Source of the DNA: Squalus acanthias | Lineage: Eukaryota | DNA: 64,000 nucleotides | Assembly (NCBI GenBank): GCA_030390025.1 | Contig: CM059433.1 | Span: 27,468,001-27,532,000 of the forward strand | Direction: 5' to 3' | In this document: positions 48,122-59,330 of the stretch, one piece after another | How positions within the stretch are numbered: the stretch's first letter is position 1 | How the letters are laid out: each line of letters begins with the position of its first letter | Position numbers and translations under genes: made by a program | Notes under the pieces: generated by a model | What the model was told of the DNA's origin: nothing | Databases searched by the model: none | What the model saw: the letters and a program-made list of their open reading frames with translations, nothing else

Positions 48122-48748
48122 GCCTCTGGTATATGTCTCAGTTGAGAAAGCGCTCAATGAAGGTGGCGAGAGGGGTTTCCCAGGAGGTCATACTGCAGAT
48201 GGGTGTCAGGCTCCAAACTTCCAGAGCTGTGGTTATGCCTTCTAAAAGTTCCCCCAGACCTGTGACAACAAAGTCCTGCCACCTGCAATTGATGGCTGAT
48301 CAAATCTCCTATTTAAAGGTTGAGCTGCAGCTGATAGTCAGCAATCCACTTGTGCTCCCGCCAGGTTTCACTGGCGTGTTTCACATCAGGCGTGCTTCAC
48401 GTGGGAAAAGGGTTAAACTACCTAAAATGCTTCAAAATGGCATTACAGAGCCAATTTAGGGCTTGTTAAGGGCTTTAATGGCCTCTCCCGCCTCTTGGAG
48501 GCGGGACGGAGTCGGGAACACCACGACCGATTTTGTCAAAATTGCGTGGAGGCGGAATGGAGTCGGGATCAGGTCCGCCCGCCACTTTTCGCTATTTTAA
48601 CCCCCCACACGCCTCCAAACCTGACTCCACGGCCCTATGAAAATCAGCCCCTGGTCTTGGCGATTTGTCACTCTTCAGTGCCATTATTTTCTTTATTGCT
48701 GTTAATTTACTTACGTTCATTCTGTTAAGTCTCCATCCCTGATTCAAT

Positions 48749-50464
48749 GGCTGGATTTTACCAACCTCGGCGGGTCCGTGGCGGGAGACATCGGTGGCGG
48801 GTCCCGGCCTCGCTGCTGGCTCCAGCCCACTGTCCAAAATGATTTTCCCCTGATTGGGCTTGTTAAGCCCGCCCAGCACGTTTGCGGCCAATTGAAGGAA
48901 GCGGGTCTCATGACGTCATTTGATGACGTGTCATCAACCGGTTTCCTTCAAGGGACCATGCGGAAATTTATTTTGACGTTTGTGCTGTCTACAGCATTGA
49001 GGTGCTGCGAACACTGACAAGCACTGCACAGAGGTGCACGGCTGCACCCAGGCTCTCCCATATGCTTATTGAGGGAGTCAAAGCATGCAGGGAGGTTCTC
49101 TTCCCTTCCAATGGGCGGAAGAGACCTCCCCAGGAGACCAACACAGTCTGGTTGTACATTGCACAGGAGGACACAAGTGGGGATGTCATCAGGAGGAGCA
49201 GGCTGCAGTGGCGCAAACCTTTCAATGATCTCAGTAAATCATGAAACGTTACTACAAAGCCACACTCGACCTCATCCTGCTGAGCCACTCATCATATCCC
49301 CATCATTCTACCTTCCCTACCCTTCTCCTGCACATCCGTCCTCACACCAACTTACCTTGCACCTCCACCCATCCCTCTCTATCTACATTATCACTTCTCC
49401 ATCTCACTAGCCACCCCTCACACTCACCCTCATCCTAGTGCAATCATACCAACTAACAACACACAAGGGTAGGCACTTGGGTGTTTTATGCAATGTTTAT
49501 GTAAAGTTTCTGTTAATGTGGTGTCAAACATTGAAACCTTTCTTTTGAACACTTGGCGTTCTTGGACAGATTTGTGTGCATCTTTGGAAGTGGTTTAGTG
49601 AGTTGCAGTGAATGGTGAGACATAACGGTACCCCCGCAATGGTCATGAGTGTGAAAGGAATGGCTTGGGCATTGTAGGGATGCTTTATGATGTTGGTGTG
49701 GGGTGGTGCCAACCTAGCACATCATGTGGCAGCCAGGGTGTACAGCATCAAGTGAAGTAAATCTGACCATGGTGAGGCCATCCCTGGCCTCCTGGGCAGC
49801 AATGTGGTCGGATGCTGATGCCCTCTGTCCTGTGCAGCATCAGTTGATTGCGGAGAAGTTTGATGTTGTTGTTGGTGCTGCTGGTGTTGGGGCTGATCGT
49901 GGTGGGATTCTGAGGCCCAATGTGAGATAGTTTCAAGGGCACCGATGCTGATGTAATAGATGGCATGTGAACTTGAGATGACAGAAGCAACCTGTCAATG
50001 GTGAAAAAGTTTGTTCCAATGAGGGGACACTGGATAAAGAGTTTGCCCCAAACTCTTGCAACCTGCATAAAGCTCAATCTGTCTTCCAAATGCAGTAAGC
50101 AACCGCTTCTGAGCTTGGAACTGAACAGCTGTGAGATAGGAGTTTTATATAACATTTTCAGCTGTCAAGTAATGAGATGATTCCATGGCCATTCAAATCC
50201 TGCCTTGCTTACCTGACGTAATCCCCTGAAGGTGAGCTGAAAATAGTTCTTAATCCTCTGTTAACAAGGTCATAATAACTTGTATTGACTCCCCTGCCGC
50301 TGTGTGTCAGATCTGCTCAGCGCTGAAAGACCCAACATTTGGGAAAGGCACGTGGTGACAGGTTGACAGCGGGGTCCCGAACCGCTGTCAAAAAAAATAA
50401 TTTCCCACCCGACCGCCACCGATCACGCCTGCTGACCACCCCCCCCCCCCTCAAAATGATCCCC
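48749..50464. mobile_element. Non-autonomous Harbinger derivative H8
   Basis: TSD AAT (48746-48748, 50465-50467); ends GGCTGGATTTT / (rc) GGGGATCATTTT; Myb exon-1 remnant AAPRLS..REVLFP..QWRKPFNDL at about 49030-49240. Confidence 0.8.
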
Positions 50465-50574
50465 AATATTACTTTCCTTGGAAGGTCCGGCATGATATCC
50501 TCTTCCTCTACTCTAAATACTGATGTAAAGTTATTATTTAACATGTCCGCCATTTTCTTATTTTCATTTATATT

Positions 50575-51102
50575 GGCCCAGAAATTCGTCCGAATACGGG
50601 AGAGTACGCACTGTGTACTCACCCATATTCGGTCCCGAAGTGCCGGTTTTCTGCATGCACTGCGCATGCGCGGGAAACCGGCACTTCCGATATTGCGAAG
50701 GGGGCGGTTCCTAAGTGAACCGCGTGCGCACTACAGGCTGTGCGCACGCAGCACACTTAGTTTTTTTTTCAGGTTTGAACGCGAAGGTAAGTGTTGAAGA
50801 TTTTAATTGAGGTTTAGCTGTTCTTTTGGGGGCAGGTTGTATTCATAGCTTTGACAGCTCTTCCTGTCAAAACTATGAATGAAAGATGGTGTGCTGCCAT
50901 TGGCTCTAACTGGCCCACGTGATCCCAGAGGTCGCATCGAACTAACTGCGCCTCTGGGACACACACACACTGCGCGCCGGCACCAGGGAGAGGCCCAGGA
51001 ACTGAAGTTCGTGTGGGCCAAAACCATAAAGGCAGGCGCGGAGTGCGATATCGTGGGGGATCCTTACCCCCGCGGCAACCATCGAAGTCCAATTTCTGGG
51101 CC
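50575..51102. mobile_element. Harbinger-type MITE (528 bp)
   Basis: Perfect 12-bp TIR GGCCCAGAAATT, TSD ATT (50572-50574, 51103-51105), internal hairpins; related to 62178-62941 in the opposite orientation. Confidence 0.9.
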
Positions 51103-52399
51103 ATTATCATCATTATCAGTTTTTAAGGGGCCCATATTGCTCTTAACCACCCTCTTTTGCCTAATATAATTGTAGAAGATATTTGTGTTGATTTTGATAT
51201 CCCTTGCAAGTTTCTTTTCATACTCCCTTTTTGTAGCTCTTACTATCTGTTTTGTCACCCTTTGCATCTCTCCCATTTGCCAGGATCTGTGCTATTTTTT
51301 GCATTCTTGTGTGCTTTTTCTTTTAGTTTTATGTTGTTCCTTATTTCTTTAGTCATCCATGGCTGGGTTTTTTGGCAAGTAGAGCTCTTGCCCCTTCGGG
51401 GTATAAACTGGTTCTGTAGGGTGAGCACTTGCAACATATGTACACTTCATAGCTGCTGTATATAACAAACAGAGATACCAGCAGACCAGAGGGAGCCCTT
51501 TCAACTATCACTTACTGACTTGCTACAAGGTGACTGCCCTTCAAATTACCATAGAGTGAGGGCAAGAGGGACAGGCCAGAAGCCTTCCCTAAGGTTCCAG
51601 CTAGTACCATATTTTGCTAATTGTTGTTTTTCCCCATTATTCAATCACTCATTCATTCATTGGCACTCAAGCTAATACTGCAGCATAATACACAATCATC
51701 CAGATGTGCCTTTTGGCCGTTACACTAGTGGACGTGTGACAAGTTGGGACTTGGAACCACTGCATGCATGCATCAAGAACACTATGATTTTTCCATATGG
51801 CAGGTTTACCCAAAGTGCGGGGCTGTATTGAAGGCCATATTAGCCCCTACCCATAATCCCATAGTCTTCATGAACAGATAGGGGTTTCATTCTATTAACG
51901 TGCATAAAATTATTCATGAGAATGAGTGCAACTCTGGAAACAGCCATAATGCCTTCATTCTATCATGCCACCATTATTTGGAGGGCCAAGAAGACCGACC
52001 TCCTTGAACAGTCAGGAACAAGAGATGACCAATGCCATAATGAGGCACGTGAAATTACCAGCATCATGGTGAAACATACCATGTTAAAATAAAAGTCCCA
52101 ATGGTTGGATAGATATGGGGATATTGCTGCTAGAAATCTGGCATCAAGAGCACAAAAACAATCAAGTAATAAGTAAATTAGGAAGTAAAATAGGAGTTGT
52201 CTATACTTGCCTTCAATAAATATTGGAAATCACACCAATGAGTGTGTGCCTAACAACTTTCAACAAATATAGGCCAGTTAGATATAACCTCATCATAACA
52301 TCCCAACATGGCTCTTTCCTTTTTGCTATCCTTTTCTAAATAAAAATACACACACTTCAAAAAAAATCTAGTATTTTTCCATTTCACTTACTAGAGAGG

Positions 52400-54870
52400 C
52401 GCGTTCAACTCACATCCATAGCGTGAGCCAAGTGGGTGGGGTGATCGCACCGCTCGCCGGTTAACATCAGCACAAGGCATGAACCCTTTTCAGGTTAATG
52501 TCTCATCTAAATTTGATGGACGAGCTGTCAGTGCGAATTGTACTGGTAATTGGACAGCTCGCCCATTATGGGGGGAGGAGAGATTTTGGGCGTACCTGAC
52601 GTCAGTTCCTGGTGGCCTGCACCTCTTAAAGTCCAGTGCTTATTCTGGAGCTGAGCTGAAGCTGGTTTCTGTGTACTAAAAGGCAAAAAATGCCCTCTGG
52701 GAGAGCGCCCAGATTCTCAGACAATGCCCCATGGGCTTTAGTGAAACATAGAAACATAGAATCTAGGAGCAGGAGTAGGCCATTCGGCCCGTCGAGCCTG
52801 CTCCGCCATTCAATACGATCATGGCTGATCATCCAAATCCAGTACCCTGTCCCTGCTTTAATCCCCACAGTACACATATCCCACCCTACCCCCGTAACCC
52901 CACGTATTTAATTCCCCCTAACATATCCCATCCTATCCCCATAACCCCACATATTTAATCCCCCCTAACACTAAGGGTCAATTTATCATAGCCAAATCAA
53001 CCTAACCCACACATTTTTGGACTGTGGGAGGAAACCGGAGCACCCGGAGGAAACCCACGCAGACACGGGGAGAATGTGCAAACTCCACACAGACAGTCAC
53101 CCGAGGTCAGATTCGAACCCGGGTCTCTGGCGCTGTGAGGCACCAGTGCTAACCACTATGCCACCGTGTTGAAGGAGGAGGAGGAAGGTTTTATTTCCAG
53201 CAGATGTGAAAAGGGTGCCATGCCACACTGCCAGGGATGCATGGTCTCAGGTGGCTGAGCATGTCAATGCCCACAGTTTAGCCTCTCAGACCTGGAAGCA
53301 GTGCAGTAAGCAATTCAATGGACTGACCTAGTCTTCTAAGGTAAGAGTCTCTTTCACAGTCTTATTCATTGTCAGCACACACTTTACTGTAACAGCATCA
53401 ATTAAAATCTTGACCACCCCCGCTTTACTTTCCTCTCATCCAATCATTGCAATACCTTTTAGTGGCCCTCCTCCTGCTGCCACTTCCAAACGCTGACACT
53501 GCCACTGCTCTCACTGTTAATGCCTTCTGTTGCACACACCTGATGCTTCTTCATAGTACCAGACAAACTATTTTAACCTCACACATAGATGTTCAGAACC
53601 CTTCAGCCCACCACTCATCAACACACACCCTTTCCTCTTGCAGGACAAACTAGCACACAATGTCAGGGAGAGGACCCATACAGGAAGGACTCCACCCTTT
53701 CGCGTGTTCTCATCAATTAAAGAGGCTGCTATGGATATCATAGGCAGAGAGACTGCCCGACCCACTGCAGAGAGTGAGGCAGGAGGAAGAATGCAACAGG
53801 GTGCTTGGTTCCATAACCATTCATTTCTCTTATCACTTAACTATCCCCTTCACTCAGTCTACATCACAAACTGGCACTTCATTGGACAAACACTCTTTTG
53901 CAACAATATTTAATTACATCTAGCTACTAACCATTTTCTCTATTTTCAATTTTTAGGTCCTGTAGTCCCACGCCCATTTGCAGTAGAAGAGGAGGGTACT
54001 GCCACTGAAGATACGCTGTCACTCTCTCATACACTTGCAAGCAGCTGCTCAGTATTTGGCATTTTGCAACCTTTAGGTAGTGACTTAAAGGGTCAGCACT
54101 GGGTGATGCACAAGCACAAGTGTGGAGAAGCAAGGGCAGGAGGAGAGGACAGCTCAAAACACAGTTCATTGGAGGTCAAGCTCTCTGATCAACTTTCAAA
54201 TGACAAGTACGAACTGCGCACCAGGAATTGCCAGGTGCTGTGGACTTCTTGTCGGGGGTGGTGGGGGGGGGGGGGGGGCGGGCTACGCAACATGTTGGGG
54301 AGTATGGAGGAGTCTATTTCCAATTTGTTTGTGGCACTCATGCATGGCATGAAGTTACCGCAGTCTACCATGGAGCGTATGGAGATTGCAGTTGGGCCCA
54401 CGAACCTGGAGTTCTGGTAGCTGTGGTAACATCTCTCAGTGATGCACATGCTGAGGCAATGCAGACTGGGCTCCACTATTTTCTGTAGCTTATTAAGCTT
54501 GAAGGAAAGCATGGATAGAGGCTTACAAGACAAAAAAGCATTCGTACAGATCAGTGGAAGTGCTGAGGTGCCGCCCCAAGCAAGTGGCAGTGCCACCATG
54601 GGAGAGGCGCATACCGTCCTCAGGATAACAGCTGCCTGCTCCTCCTCCAGCTCCTTGTCCAGTGCCAGTCCTGGTGCCGCAAAGCTAGCTGGGCCAGACT
54701 TATTGGAGGCCCAACAGCCTTCTACATCCCAAAATGAAGCCACTGGGGGAGCATCTCGTAGGAACACTAGAGTAGGTAGAAGAGCACTTAGGACAGGCAC
54801 TCGGGTGTTACAACTTGGCAGGTGTAAAGATAACTGTAAAATACATCCTATTTCAAAATTCTTGTTGTTA
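52400..54870 (+). mobile_element. Harbinger derivative H9 carrying only a degenerate Myb gene
   Basis: MPSGRAPRFSDNAPWALV at 52690 (then a SINE), donor AAG|GTAAGA at 53340, exon 2 DKLAHNVRERTHTG at 53645, exon 3 with MEESISNL and ASRRNTRVG. Ends are uncertain. Confidence 0.7.
52744..53168 (-). mobile_element. HE1/V-domain SINE with a CR1-derived 3' tail
   Basis: A-box TGGCATAGTGG (53153-53163 rc), B-box GGTTCGAATC (53110-53119 rc), V-domain GGGTTTCCTCCGGGTGCTCCGGTTTCCTCCCACAGTCC, tail matching the CR1 3' UTR with (GAAACATA)n. Confidence 0.9.
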
Positions 54871-55444
54871 AGTTTGTTTGGTGAGTATATGATGATCGCA
54901 CAATGGCTTAGAAATGCAATGGCTCTGTGCCCATTTTCTGGGCGCTAAACGGGTGCTTAAGCCTCCAATATGGCGGGCAGGAAGTGCACGATCAGAATGA
55001 GCCAGAAGTGCGCCACCCGCAATATTGGTATAGGCCCAAAAAAGATGCGTTCACGGACCGAGCATGTGACAGGCGTTAAACCCTTTGCATATGCAAATAA
55101 GGGGTATAACACCTGTTTGAGGCTCCGTCTGCAATATGGTGCTGTCCTGAGGCAGCAAACAGCATTCAGGAAGACCAGGTCTACATGCTGACTGTAGGCA
55201 GTCCTTAAAGGAACCGCTGCAAGCCACCACCGAAAAGGTAAGTTTGCATAATGTGACTGGTGAGTAAAGAAAGTAAGAAATTACCAAGATAGCGGATTAG
55301 AAAAAGAAAACACCAAAAATTATCTAACTAATGAGAAAAAAGAAAATTGACACACAGACTTGACTATCGTAACAGAGACATCAAGCACAGACAAAAGGTA
55401 CACACAAAAAATCAGATCTTTATAATCATTGTCATTAAACAGAC

Positions 55445-55535
55445 CTTTCGACCCTTGCAATCCTGGGTCACCTGGTTCTCCATAGAATCCTTCAAGGCCT
55501 TGTTCTCCATCCTGTCCATTGATTCCTGGCTTACC
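55445..55535 (-). CDS. FACIT-type collagen exon (91 nt)
   Basis: Acceptor tgtttttaag|GGT and donor AAAG|gtctgt. GKPGINGQDGEQGLEGFYGEPGDPGLQGSK(G) is ten perfect Gly-X-Y triplets. The phase-1 end fits the 38485 exon. Confidence 0.85.
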
Positions 55536-56201
55536 CTTAAAAACAGATTTTGAGAGTTTAATCAGAGTTAGAAGTCTCATATCCAGATTAAGCATAACAA
55601 AAATGACAAATAACAAAATTAGTTAACGCTTCACACATTAGTTTATGCAGAGAACAATGCAACTGGCTAAAAAAAATTTTAGCTTATTTAAATTCTATGG
55701 GGGAGAAATTCAGTTGGTTAGCGACTCCCGTTAGCGCCTGACGGGGCGCTAACGGGGTGCTAATGACGTAACACCGGGGTGAGGTGAAACCAGTGCCGCA
55801 CGCCAAAACCAGTCGTCCCTTAACGCTGCCGCTAACAGTTAACGCCTGGGGCTTTAGCGCTAGGCAGATCGTGACGTCAGCAAGTGTGCAACGCTCACTG
55901 AGCGCCCGATCTGCCAAATTGATTATCGCCCTCCCCCCCCCCCCGCCTTAGCGCCCTGCCCCGACAACGACAGGAGGAGGAGGCGTGAAGCAGGTGGATG
56001 GCAGCTTCAGGGGCGATATTTAAAGGGATTAGTCACAGCTCTCAGGTTCGTGCTGTTTCACTGCTTCCTTGTCAGTTTGCAATTGTGCAAGAGTTTCATT
56101 CAGTCATTTAAAGGTACTTTAGAATCAGGAGTGTTGTGGCTACTAAAAATTTGTTACATTTATTATGACAAAATTTCAAAGTGCTACATATCGTTACATT
56201 A

Positions 56202-57394
56202 ATGGGGGCTGTATTGGCAGTCGACCTCGCCCTCCAGGATCTACCGCGGAGGGAGCGGAGGCAGCGAGAAAGATCACAAGATGTGGCCAGAGGAAGGAGG
56301 AGGGCCATCAGGGCTCTCAACAGGAGGCCTTACCCTCTGAGGGTATTCCGAGAACACTTCTCCTACCTCCAATTAAGCGAGGAGCAGTGCATTAGAAGGC
56401 TCCGTTTCAGCCAGGATTTGGTCACCGAACTCTGCCACCTCCTGCAACCAGACCTCGAGCCTCAGATCGGGTCGACCACGGCTCTCTCAGTGGCAGTCAA
56501 GGTCACCGTCGCCCTCAATTTCTTCGCCAGCGATTCCTTCCAGTCTGCAACAGGAGATATAGCGAACATCTCACAGTTCGCCGTCCATCGCTGCATCCGG
56601 GAGGTCACAGAGGCTCTCTACAGTAGGAGAAGGGATTACATTTCCTTTCCCCTCACCAGAGAGAAGCAGGCCAAATGTGCATGTGGTTTTGCCAGGATAG
56701 CGGGCTTACCCATGGTACAGGGCACCATTGACTGCACCCACGTGGCTTTGCACCACATAACAATCCTGAGGTCTTCCGTAACCGCAAAGGCTACCACTTA
56801 CTTAATGTGCAGTTGGTGTGCGACCACAGGCAGTGAATCCACAATGTGAATGCCTGCTATCCTGGCAGCAGCCACGATGCCATCATCCTGTGCCAGACCG
56901 GTGTGCCAGCACTCTTCCAGCCACCACATCAAGCTTGCGGCTGGCTGGTCAGAGACAAGGGCTATCCGCTCTCCACCTGGCTCAGGACTCCCCTCCGCAA
57001 CTCCAACACGCCTGCTCAGCACTCATATAATGAGAGCCATGCTGCCACCAGGAACATCATCGAGCAGACCATCGGGGCGCTCAAGCAAAAGTTCCGCTGC
57101 CTTGACCGCTCGGGAGGAGCCCTCCGGTACTCGGCTGAGCAGGTGTCCCATTTTGTCATGGTCTGCTGCATGCGCCACAACTTGGCCATCATGAAGGCCG
57201 AGCCCTTGTCACCAGGGATTGCGGTACCACCTCAGGAGGAGGATGAGGGAGAGGAGGAGTAGGACAAGGACGAGGAGGAAGAGGAAGACAAGGAGGAGGA
57301 GGAGGAGGAACAGGAGCGAGGGAGGAGGCAGCCACTCAATCAGCCTTCTGGAAGGGTGGTCCATGACTGCCTCATCAGACTGAGGTTCCAATAA
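56202..57394 (+). pseudogene. Harbinger DDE transposase with a frameshift (about 56750) and stops (56834, 57260)
   Basis: [39 protein letters not shown] / [38 protein letters not shown]. Confidence 0.92.
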
Positions 57395-57551
57395 ATTAAA
57401 CCCCGTTGTTCACCACATCCCCATCATTCCATCCCTGTCGCAGGCCATATCACAGCACAGAGCTGAAATGAGAGACACCACAAAATCATCCAAAGCCAAT
57501 TAATAAATTTATCAATAATCAGTGAACACATATTTACAACAACAATATTAG

Positions 57552-59330
57552 CTATTCACCCTTGTGCAATCCCTTAGTGCTCCTCGTTACAGTGCCTTTG
57601 CCTACTCTAGTGCTCCTACGAAGTGTTGGCCCAGTGGCTGTAGCACGGCGGGTGGAAGGCCGCTGAGTGTCCGTGCGGGAGACTTCAGGTGGCCTTGCAG
57701 GACGCCCTCGACCAGCTCTGGGCCTGGAAGTCCCGGCTGTAGACTGCACCACCTCAGCATGGGCGGCAGCAGTCTGGGCTGGCTGGATGACAGGCAGTGG
57801 CAAGGGCAATGGCGGAGTGCCAGTGGTGAGAGCAGGAATGCTGTCATCCTGAGAGAGGACAGCAGCTTCCTGCTTCACTGACCCACTGCCACTCCCCCGG
57901 GGCAGCACCTCAGCTTAACTGCCAATCTGGAGTACAGATTGCTGGCCTGCTGCGGCACCATGAAAGCCCCGATAGACGGTGGTCGACCCAGCCATGACGG
58001 CAGCAGTAAGAGCTTGCATGGCATCAAGCTGAGACTGCATGAGAGCAGTCTGAGAATCGATGGCACCAAGCATAGACTGCATTACAGCACTAAGACGTTG
58101 CGTGGCTTCCGCCTGTTCTGCAATGGAAGCTGCGACATCACCCATCACACGCGGCATGAGGGCTGAGTCACCCTGGTCTCTCTGGGAGTCCATCGTCTGC
58201 AAATGATGGGCTCCATGGTGTGCGCAGAGCTCTGTGCAATGTTGTAGGCGGACTCCTCCACACTCCTTACCATTGCCGAGAGGCTCAGGCACCCTTGCCA
58301 TTGCACCTATCTCCGTGTGCATGCCCATCACCCTTCTTCGAAAGGCCTCCCCATCGAGGTCCTCATCTGAGTTCTGTGCAGCAGAACTCACGCGCGAACT
58401 CGCCCTCCTGGGGTGCTGACTCTCGAGCTACCCTTTCCCCTGGCCTTGCTGCAGCCCACTCGTTCCCGGTGCATCACCCTGTGCAGATCCCGCTACTATA
58501 CTAGCCTCTAAAGAACACATAGTGCCAGTATCTGAGCTGGTGCCTGCGGGTGAGACATGCAGTGACGTGGTATGTTCTTCATCCTCCTCTTCTACCGCCT
58601 TGCTCCCTATGGTACCCTCAGGGACAGGCTGCTCAGGTGGTTGCTCATTATCTGAAAGCATAAAGGCACAAGAGTCGGGTTAAGGTGAGGGGAGGGGGCA
58701 GGAAGGGAGAAATGCATGCATACAGCATGATTAGCTGGAAAGTGGGAAAGGCTTGTGGGGTGAGGGGGAAGTGGGAAGTGAGATGAAGGAGTAGGGATGA
58801 GCATACCATTGTTGTCCCCAAGGGGGTCAACATCGCTGGTGGCCACGGCACCCACCACCTGGCACCTACTGATTTGCAGGACTCTTTCCTCCAGCTCAGA
58901 AAGTGGTTGGGTGTCAGGTTGTCCCCCGCCTGTTTGATCCTGCTCCCTCCTGTTGTGAGCCACCTTGGCCTGCAAGAGAAAGGAAAGTGTGTGAGTGAGT
59001 GTGGAGCAATGTGTTTGGGTGATGTGCCTACCATAGTTGAATAGCTTTCATTGTGTGCAAGGTGTGAGATGTGGGTATGAGTGTTGGTAGGTGGAGATTG
59101 TTGGTGGGTGAGTGCTGGGGGTTGTGGTGCTTTGGCCAGTGTGTGAAGACTGAGGTTCGGATGGTGGTATGTAGCATTTGTTGAAGCATTGAAACACCTT
59201 GACCACCCAAGTGAGGTCGTTAAATTTTTTCCTGCACTGTGTGTGGGTCCTGAGGACCACAGTGTTGTCCGAGACCTGTTGGGCTACCTCCCTCCACATG
59301 GCGCGGAAGACTTGCAGCGAGGGCAGGATT
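57552..59330 (-). pseudogene. Harbinger Myb/SANT-like gene, degenerate, three exons
   Basis: WREVAQQVSD..RTHTQCRKKFNDL; AKVAHNRREQDQTGGG; RRRVMGMH...; ends TKGLHKGE*. Confidence 0.85.

Larger units (their letters stand above)
44361..48650. mobile_element. PIF/Harbinger transposon H7, full length (4290 bp), near-intact
   Basis: TIRs GGGCTGGATTTTGATA / (rc) GGGCTGATTTTCATA, 3-bp TSD CTG (44358-44360, 48651-48653), convergent Myb and transposase genes. Confidence 0.95.
39832..51419 (-). mobile_element. Degenerate CR1 split into five pieces by four younger insertions
   Basis: (CATAGGAA)n tail at 39832. Pieces 39832-40342, 43462-44360, 48651-48748, 50465-50574 and 51103-51419 join into colinear ORF2 sequence (e.g. 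KSPRP|DVFHPRVLKEV across the H7 site). Confidence 0.9.

Noticed and set aside
46871..48157. Domesticated host genes HARBI1/NAIF1
   Set aside because: The ORFs lie between TIRs with a TSD inside a CR1 and have many degenerate relatives nearby, so this is a transposon rather than a single-copy host gene.
47920..48459. 179-aa ORF and other antisense or overlapping ORFs in Harbinger and LINE copies
   Set aside because: Shadow frames of GC-rich transposon coding sequence with no recognisable motifs.
53095..53168. tRNA genes here and at 11370-11441 and 27551-27620
   Set aside because: The A/B boxes run directly into SINE bodies and tails; no complete cloverleaf with an acceptor stem was seen.
38076..55535. 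Assigning a gene symbol (COL9A1/COL21A1/COL22A1)
   Set aside because: The FACIT layout is shared by several paralogues and the sequence is too divergent to name without a search.
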